A stretch of DNA of 64,000 nucleotides, from the IMG/VR virus record IMGVR_UViG_3300044852_000015, positions 174,015 to 238,014 of that record. The stretch is one strand, 5' to 3'. The notes below the pieces were generated by a model. That model saw only the letters and a list, made by a program, of their open reading frames with translations. It made no database searches and was not told the DNA's origin. The stretch's first letter is position 1; every line of letters starts with the position of its first letter. Positions 57,677 to 64,000 of the stretch are shown here, one piece after another. Source of the stretch: a virus. Taxonomy: Duplodnaviria; Caudoviricetes. Made by a program: the position numbers and the translations under genes.

Positions 57677-58102
57677 TTACTTGCGTTTGTTACCCCGAGT
57701 GCGTTCGTATTCCAAACTCACTTCCAAGTCAGCAACTCGTTTCTCTAACCAGATCTTCTCAGCTTTGATAGTGGCCTGACTGATCTCTTGGGTGTGGTGT
57801 TCATCGCGGATGGCTTCGTACTTACCCACCAGCTCAGCGTGGTCGGTAATCAGACTCTGGTACTTCGTAGTAGTCTCTCGACTCTCCCTCAAGACCCGAT
57901 CGTACAACCGAGCATATTCATGAGAACTCTTAGCATTACCCACAGTCAGCAGTAGCAGAACCAACGACGAGCATAGTAGCATTACGATACTTTTGTTGCT
58001 GACGATAGCAGCTTGGAAGTCTTTGTTCTTGAAGAACACTTCCTTCACAAATGGCCACAGCTTCAAAAGAAAATTGAACAAAAGAACAGCATTGGCGCTC
58101 AT
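57677..58102 (-). CDS. Membrane-anchored coiled-coil protein
   Basis: Hydrophobic IVMLLCSSLVLLLLTV followed by a coiled coil. Confidence 0.6.
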   Translation of the reverse strand: MSANAVLLFNFLLKLWPFVKEVFFKNKDFQAAIVSNKSIVMLLCSSLVLLLLTVGNAKSSHEYARLYDRVLRESRETTTKYQSLITDHAELVGKYEAIRDEHHTQEISQATIKAEKIWLEKRVADLEVSLEYERTRGNKRK

Positions 58103-58182
58103 GGTAAACTTTGCTCCGTCTAATGCTCAAGAATGGTATAGGTAAATTCTTACTGAACCCTACCCACCCTCGAGGTCCTTAC

Positions 58183-59502
58183 ATGTATAATCTTAAAGGG
58201 TTTATGGTCTTCGCACCATTGGCTAACAACTCATTCGACGTAATTGCACCTCTTGGGGAACTCTCAACCCATTGTGCAACCTTCTCCAAAGAGAAAGGGC
58301 AATACACCAACGTCACTTACGCTGATTCTAAACTAATCAGTTTCCTGAGTCAACGTACTGATGTCGATGGTGTTGAAACTCAGATCACCGCTCCGGTAGT
58401 ACACCAGAACGCTGCGCTGAACTTGAGTCAATGGATCTTCACCAAGTCCATGGCGCAAGAGATCTCCCAAGATCGTGACGCCTTCTCTTCGGCGTTGATC
58501 TCCAGTTACGGTCAGACGCACTTGGAGCTGGCCTTCGGTGAGATCGTCGGTGACGGTTCACGTTGGATGCCGGAGTGGGTCAGCTATAAGCTGGACGATG
58601 CTGAGGACAACCGTGTTCGTTTGTGGTTTGCCGATGACTCTTTCCGTCGTCAGTACGATGAATACGAAATAGGTTTCGTTCCACCCATCGCTGCGCTGGA
58701 CGATTTCTTTAAAGACCCCCTGATCGTGAAGGCGGCGGTAGAAGCGTGGTCTCTGACCTCTGCTCTGGAAAAGGCTGACGTGTTGAAAAACCGTAAGCCC
58801 GAAACCGTGATGCTGAACAAGGTCTACAAGTACTTCGCTCAGCTCGCACCGTTCATTGACCTGAACACCAACTGGACCGTCATCATCTGGGGTCCGGCTG
58901 GTAATAACCCAGACATTATCAAGCAAGAACTGGCCAAATGGATTCTGGCTAACTCACAACATACCGAAGAAGAATGGATGGACCTGTTTCCAGACATCTT
59001 CACTTCGACTGAATACATCGTCACGCCGTTCTGGGACGAAGTAGCGATCGAACAAAAGACGATCGTCACCGGTGTGTATTCGCCGACTGTACGGGTTAAG
59101 GATGTTATCTCGGTTTCGAACCTGACCATCAAAGGTAAGAACTACAACCAACTCCACATCGACGAGAACCTCTGTGTCTCCAGCGTTCTGTACGGTTCGT
59201 TGGCTATGTCTGTCTGTGGTGGTCCGTATAACCGAGATGGTGTCAAGCGGTTCAACGACCAGTGGCCTGACTACATCAACGTGTCGACCCAGTCCCCAGA
59301 CTTCAACCGCATGAAGTTGGCAACGCAGGATTTTGTCAACCTCCTGTACTCGATGTTGATCGTTGCAGAGAACGCTACCTTGTTCTCGGACATTCCACTC
59401 GGCATGTCTCGGGTTACTCGTGATGGTATCGTTTACATCGCGGCTTCCATGAACGACATTCTGTATCTGGTCGTGACCAAGTACTCGATGCTCGACATCT
59501 GA
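58183..59502 (+). CDS. Virion structural protein (phiKZ gp157-like)
   Basis: 439 aa from MYNLKGF, GAGG SD; synteny after RNase H. Confidence 0.65.
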   Translation: MYNLKGFMVFAPLANNSFDVIAPLGELSTHCATFSKEKGQYTNVTYADSKLISFLSQRTDVDGVETQITAPVVHQNAALNLSQWIFTKSMAQEISQDRDAFSSALISSYGQTHLELAFGEIVGDGSRWMPEWVSYKLDDAEDNRVRLWFADDSFRRQYDEYEIGFVPPIAALDDFFKDPLIVKAAVEAWSLTSALEKADVLKNRKPETVMLNKVYKYFAQLAPFIDLNTNWTVIIWGPAGNNPDIIKQELAKWILANSQHTEEEWMDLFPDIFTSTEYIVTPFWDEVAIEQKTIVTGVYSPTVRVKDVISVSNLTIKGKNYNQLHIDENLCVSSVLYGSLAMSVCGGPYNRDGVKRFNDQWPDYINVSTQSPDFNRMKLATQDFVNLLYSMLIVAENATLFSDIPLGMSRVTRDGIVYIAASMNDILYLVVTKYSMLDI

Positions 59503-59510
59503 GGTGAGTA

Positions 59511-60122
59511 ATGGCTGGTATCACTCCTCCGCTGTTAACGAAAGGTCGCTACACGTTAGTTGAACCTTTCACCGCTTTACCTACAGTCCTTTATACGTGC
59601 AGTGCTATCCGTACATTCGACGAGTGTTTGGTTGGCGGTGTGGATGTCCTGAACGGGATCTACATCCTCGCTGGACTGACGAAGACTGAGTACGACCGAG
59701 ACTACAAGGCTGGCAAGAAGATTGTCACCTTGATGTCCGATACCGAGGCTCCGATCTACGTACCGGATTCTTACATCGAGTCGTTCCCCAACTTCGACGC
59801 AGTGAACTACAACCACATCGTCTGCTCGTTGGACTTTGGTGCACTCCCGGACTTCATGAGTCTGGCTAACCTACAACTGGAGCTGGCTGGTCTGGCTTCT
59901 GATGTAGTAGGGAAGGAACCTGTGGTGAAAATCCATCGGGCAGCTTCTTCTGGGATCATCACTCCAGCAGAACACGAAGTGGCTGAAGTAGCACGACTGG
60001 CAGCAATCACTCGACGCACCACCTACCGGGCTGAGAACATTCAGCTTCGGGCTCAGGTGACTACGTTGACGGAACAGAACGAAGTACTGGTTAACCTGTT
60101 AAAGGCTAACGGCATTTTGTGA
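59511..60122 (+). CDS. Conserved hypothetical (probably structural) protein
   Basis: 203 aa, GAGGTG SD, C-terminal coiled coil. Confidence 0.65.
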   Translation: MAGITPPLLTKGRYTLVEPFTALPTVLYTCSAIRTFDECLVGGVDVLNGIYILAGLTKTEYDRDYKAGKKIVTLMSDTEAPIYVPDSYIESFPNFDAVNYNHIVCSLDFGALPDFMSLANLQLELAGLASDVVGKEPVVKIHRAASSGIITPAEHEVAEVARLAAITRRTTYRAENIQLRAQVTTLTEQNEVLVNLLKANGIL

Positions 60123-60162
60123 CGGCATAGGGAGAGGGCTCACGCCCTCTCCTTTTATGCGG
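60121..60162. terminator. Bidirectional terminator, GCATA/TATGC class
   Basis: GACGGCATAG-GGAGAGGGC-TCAC-GCCCTCTCC-TTTTATGCGG. Confidence 0.85.
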
Positions 60163-60682
60163 TGAAACGGAAGTACGTGATCCCTCGAGAGTTAGCGTAC
60201 TCTTGTACGAATAACAACTCGATCAACCAAGAGATGAACGCGTCCGACCAGATACCGTGTAAGTCTCGAGTAAGGAATTTTTCAATCTCTTTCTGACGAG
60301 CCTGTCGACGGTTGTTCGTAATCGGAAACAACAACTGTACGTACAACACCGCCAGAGTGACTTGAAGGTCAAACGGGAAGCGCCCACGATCAATACACAG
60401 TTCGTGAGCAAACTCGTTAGCACGTTGCAATTGTTCAGCTACCAGCTCCGGCTTACTGAACAGGAGGACAACCCCGGCTTCGGTAAACTGGTGGAGCAGT
60501 GAGTTCACGGTCATTTCGAAGGTGATGACGGTATCGTTGTCAAAGACCCGAGTGAAGACCATGTCGCGGTGGTCCTTGAACAACCCATCACGCAAGCGTG
60601 TGTAAGCCGGGTGGTACTGGAACAACGCAGACTGTGGAATGTAACCATGAACGAAGGTTCTACTCACGCAGAGTACTCCCAA
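60155..60682 (-). CDS. Hypothetical protein
   Basis: 175-aa ORF. Confidence 0.55.
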   Translation of the reverse strand: MGVLCVSRTFVHGYIPQSALFQYHPAYTRLRDGLFKDHRDMVFTRVFDNDTVITFEMTVNSLLHQFTEAGVVLLFSKPELVAEQLQRANEFAHELCIDRGRFPFDLQVTLAVLYVQLLFPITNNRRQARQKEIEKFLTRDLHGIWSDAFISWLIELLFVQEYANSRGITYFRFTA

Positions 60683-61029
60683 CGGAGGTCTTGGTCAGGG
60701 TAACGAGAGAACCACCCCAGCTTGTTGGCATTCAGATCGGAACCTGAGAAACCAAAAGCAGCAGTGGCACTACCCATCACCCCACGGAACAGGCAGACTG
60801 CGTAGCGATCCCACGCCATTTCAAGACATGGCGTCACCTGAATGTCCATAGCAACCGGAGAGAAGCAGTAGTTATACGCTTCGAGAACTTCACAGTCACC
60901 AACAGCACACGGAATGCCATCACGTTTTGGGATGTAGAAGATCGGTACCCCAGAGATCAGATCGTGCTGCTCCAGTAAGAAGTCTTCAACCTTTTCCACT
61001 ACACCCAGCGAATCGAGATCACTCATCAT
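60664..61029 (-). CDS. Hypothetical protein
   Basis: 121-aa ORF. Confidence 0.55.
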   Translation of the reverse strand: MMSDLDSLGVVEKVEDFLLEQHDLISGVPIFYIPKRDGIPCAVGDCEVLEAYNYCFSPVAMDIQVTPCLEMAWDRYAVCLFRGVMGSATAAFGFSGSDLNANKLGWFSRYPDQDLRWEYSA

Positions 61030-61041
61030 TAAGCCGCCTTA

Positions 61042-61716
61042 TTACACGTCGTTAGAACCAGGTTCTTCTTCCTCTTCTTCTTCATCAGAAGAGTCTTCTT
61101 CATCGGACTCATCCTCATCGGATTCGTCTTCGGAGTCTCCGCCATCGTCCCCGGTGCCGGCATCGTCATCGGAAGAATCGTCTTCAGACTCTTCTTCTTC
61201 ACCACCTGAGTCGTCACCACCGGCATCGTCGCCATCGCCACCACCGGTGTCATCAGCAGTGCCATCAGCACCACTCGGGTCAGTACCGTCACCGCCCAGG
61301 TCTTCTTCTTCGCCGCTGCCGTCGCCATTGTTCTGGTCTCCGTCGCCTTCACCGCCTTCGCCGTTAGGCAGACCGTTGTCAGCTTCGTTCACCCCTTCAG
61401 GGCGTGGGTTTTGGTCGTCTTCGGACAGAACGAGAGTACCAGTTTTCATGGCCTCTTCCATATCCTGAACGATTTTACCTTTCGCTTCACCAACAGCCAC
61501 CGGATCACCGATACCGGCCATTGGGATACCACGGTCGCGCAGGAGTTCTACGCAGGCCAGGATTTCGTTGAGCTGCTTGATCGCATCCACAACCAGCGGC
61601 TCGCCGGATTCGGAGTCAGTGGCCTTGATGCCAGCAGAGTTCAGCTTCAAGAGAGCTTTGCCCAACTCGCAAGCTTCCTCAGCGGCCTTAGTGACCAGAG
61701 TTTCAATAAGGTTCAT
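61042..61716 (-). CDS. MazG-like helical domain plus long Asp/Glu/Gly-rich tail
   Basis: KAAEEACELGKALLK...KQLNEILACVELL, then about 110 acidic low-complexity residues. Confidence 0.65.
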   Translation of the reverse strand: MNLIETLVTKAAEEACELGKALLKLNSAGIKATDSESGEPLVVDAIKQLNEILACVELLRDRGIPMAGIGDPVAVGEAKGKIVQDMEEAMKTGTLVLSEDDQNPRPEGVNEADNGLPNGEGGEGDGDQNNGDGSGEEEDLGGDGTDPSGADGTADDTGGGDGDDAGGDDSGGEEEESEDDSSDDDAGTGDDGGDSEDESDEDESDEEDSSDEEEEEEEPGSNDV

Positions 61717-61845
61717 GCGTATTACCTTTACAGTGGGTTTAAAAGAGTACCGCACCGCCCAGCGTTAGGGTGGTGACTGAGCGGTGGTTGACGCTCCTTT
61801 CACCTTATACGTGAAGGTGGAGTTATCAAACCATTAGTGCGGTAA

Positions 61846-64000
61846 TCAGACCATTGTAACGTGTTGGTTGTGTTTCACCGGGACAGAGATGTTACTCGAA
61901 TCCATCACCATGACTTCTGCTTGGGTGAATGCACCGTGGGAAGAAGCGTAGTGAGAGATCATGAACACCTGAGAGAAACCTTTCGATTCCACCAAGTCTT
62001 TAATGAAGTTCATCACGTTCAGTCGATGGGTTTCATCAAAGGTTGCACCGAGTTCATCCAGATACAGCGGGTAGTTGGTTAGCCGCAGGTAGAACATCAC
62101 CAACAACACGAATGCGAAGTTGATCATCTCCTTCTGACCCTTAGAAGTGTTGTACACATCAGGAGGACCGTTAGGATCACCTTCAATCCGAACAGGGAAG
62201 CGGTAGTTGAGTTCACCCGACTCGATACCACACGCTTGTACTTCCATCTGGTACGTCCACACGTTTTCAATGATGGCGTTCAAGTGCTCAGTGAAGCCTG
62301 CGATAAAACCAGACATCTGCTCAGCAATGAAACCGTCTTTCGGAGAGAGGATGTCAGCAATCAGCTTGTTGGCCTTTTGCTTAAGCTCAACCTCTGAACG
62401 AAAACGCTCCATGTCCTCCAACAACGACTGGATAGTTTTCTTCTCGTTCAACTTACCATTCAGGAAAGCCAGACGGGATTGGTGTGCACGAGTAACCTCA
62501 GCGATCGAGTCATCACGCATCTCAACCACGTAGTCCTCAAACGCAGCCACAGACTTGTCGTACCCTTGACGCAGTTGGGAATCCATCTGTAGCAATTGCT
62601 CAGCCTTCTGACGCATGACGACCAGTTCACTGCGACTCGATTCTAGTTCAATCATCTGTTCAGTCAGAGCCGAGATCTTCTGATTGTTCTGTTCGATCCG
62701 CACCGACAGTTGTTCCGAACCATTGGTCTTGCGTAGAGCATCTACCGTCAGCTCCAGCTTGTCGATACGTTGCATCGCAGCATGGACTTCCATCCACACT
62801 TGAGCGTCTTTAGCAAACGTCCCGAACTCAACCAACCAAACGTGTGGTTCCAAGTTAATGCCGTCAGCATCCAACACCGCGTTCCAGAACGTACCAAGAG
62901 ATGGGTTGTTCGAGACCAGTGCACGGAAACGCATGAAGTACTTGGAGAACTCGCTAGCGTCTTCTAGATACTTTTCAACAGCGTTGAGATCGTTGGTGGC
63001 CTCTTCAAACTTGACACGGAACTCGACGACAGCATTCTCTGCACCAATGCGACGAGACTCCGACATCCCCGGTAGCCACGAGTGGGAGCACTGAGGACAT
63101 TCAGTTTTGCAAGCCCCTGCGATATGTTCAAGGATGGCTTCCTCTTTAGCCACACGGTTAGCAAACCCTTCGGCCAGCTTCTTGAAGTTCAACCGCGCGT
63201 CACGAGCTTCTTGTACCGTTTGCTTATTGAAGTGTTTATCGGAGTTGTTTGGGATATTGCGCAGAACGTCTGACAGCTCCTCCTGCACGCTCTCAATCGA
63301 ATTGAGCATAGCGCGTGGGTCAGCCTCCCCAAAGTCGGTATAACGCACCAGATGCGTTCGTAGCTCGCTTACGGTAGCTTGCAAGCGTACTAACTCAGCT
63401 TCGGCTTCTTCTAGGGACTCAACGCCCCCACCTTCCACGGTTTTCTGCAACTGTTGAAGGTCTTCCAGAGCCTCGGTCGTCCACTCACGCAAACCTTTGA
63501 CGAGGTTCGCTTCCTTATCAATGGTGTTGATCCGGTCCGTGAGTTCTTCCATGGAACTGAACTTGCCTTTAATGGGATTACCCATTGCGAGCATACGGTC
63601 AGCCATCTGACATTCCCAGTCAATCATCTTGGCAACGCGTTGTTCCCCACCGGAGAGGTTACGGTTGGAACGACTGAGGAACAGAATCTCCAATTCTTTC
63701 TGGAGGTGTTCTGCTTCTGATGCCCATTCGTCAGTGTCACCCAGTGCTTTGAGTTTCTTCTGTTCGTTAACCAAACGCTCAGACAACTCTTTAAAGGTAC
63801 CCTGTGCGTCTCGGGCAGAGCTGCTGTACTTCTTGAACATGTTCAACGCGAAGGTGAAGTCAGTGTCGCTGAGCATAGTCAGCCACTTACGGCGATCAGC
63901 AGTCGACATATCGGTGAACAGGACTTGACCCGTGACGAGTTCGTGGATCATGTCGGTGATACGGAATTCTTGCCAGACCAGTTCTTTCTGGACTGAGATG
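61846..64000 (-). CDS. sbcC: SbcC/Rad50-like SMC ATPase (phiKZ gp165-like), 5'-truncated by the window edge
   Basis: Coiled coils, zinc hook CPQC, signature TSKGQ, Walker B/D-loop LYLDELGATFD, MISH; frame open to the window end. Confidence 0.88.
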   Translation of the reverse strand, partial: ISVQKELVWQEFRITDMIHELVTGQVLFTDMSTADRRKWLTMLSDTDFTFALNMFKKYSSSARDAQGTFKELSERLVNEQKKLKALGDTDEWASEAEHLQKELEILFLSRSNRNLSGGEQRVAKMIDWECQMADRMLAMGNPIKGKFSSMEELTDRINTIDKEANLVKGLREWTTEALEDLQQLQKTVEGGGVESLEEAEAELVRLQATVSELRTHLVRYTDFGEADPRAMLNSIESVQEELSDVLRNIPNNSDKHFNKQTVQEARDARLNFKKLAEGFANRVAKEEAILEHIAGACKTECPQCSHSWLPGMSESRRIGAENAVVEFRVKFEEATNDLNAVEKYLEDASEFSKYFMRFRALVSNNPSLGTFWNAVLDADGINLEPHVWLVEFGTFAKDAQVWMEVHAAMQRIDKLELTVDALRKTNGSEQLSVRIEQNNQKISALTEQMIELESSRSELVVMRQKAEQLLQMDSQLRQGYDKSVAAFEDYVVEMRDDSIAEVTRAHQSRLAFLNGKLNEKKTIQSLLEDMERFRSEVELKQKANKLIADILSPKDGFIAEQMSGFIAGFTEHLNAIIENVWTYQMEVQACGIESGELNYRFPVRIEGDPNGPPDVYNTSKGQKEMINFAFVLLVMFYLRLTNYPLYLDELGATFDETHRLNVMNFIKDLVESKGFSQVFMISHYASSHGAFTQAEVMVMDSSNISVPVKHNQHVTMV

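Noticed and set aside
57677-58130. Rz/Rz1 spanin pair or holin
   Set aside because: TM plus coiled coil would fit, but there is no overlapping lipoprotein with a lipobox and no adjacent endolysin
662-60162. CRISPR array, REP or MITE interpretation of the GCATA/TATGC hairpins
   Set aside because: Dispersed rather than arrayed, stem sequences unrelated, no target-site duplications
61029-61468. ORFs 61029..61352(-) and 61154..61468(+)
   Set aside because: Alternative frames of the low-complexity acidic tail
1-64000. Stop-codon reassignment, or introns/inteins in terL, RNAP or uvsX
   Set aside because: Genes are uninterrupted in the standard code, all three stop codons are used, and no homing endonuclease or intein motifs were seen

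Overview
A 64-kb segment of a phiKZ-like (nucleus-forming, Chimalliviridae-type) jumbo phage genome using the standard genetic code. Recognisable genes: tubulin PhuZ, large terminase, tail sheath and tube, gp175-type head protease, three split virion RNA polymerase subunits, a 2257-aa tail protein with a lytic transglycosylase domain, UvsX/RecA, RNase H and an SbcC/Rad50-like ATPase running off the right edge, among many hypothetical genes. phiKZ gp numbers are recalled from motifs and synteny, not from searches. Non-coding highlights: (1) a ~570-nt region downstream of the PhuZ operon (690-1260, minus strand) that folds into a highly ornate, probably pseudoknotted RNA and is the best candidate for an undescribed system; (2) a terminator family in which a hairpin is followed by TATG(C), largely in the direction of transcription; (3) five TATATTAC-type early promoters; (4) a hairpin-rich, G-tract-containing intergenic region at 5410-5750. 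Protein-level highlights: a ParB-GNAT fusion split by a head-protease motif, an identical PPSARW C-terminus on the head protease and its neighbour, nested in-frame genes, and a MazG-like protein with a very long acidic tail. No tRNA, CRISPR array or mobile element was recognised.
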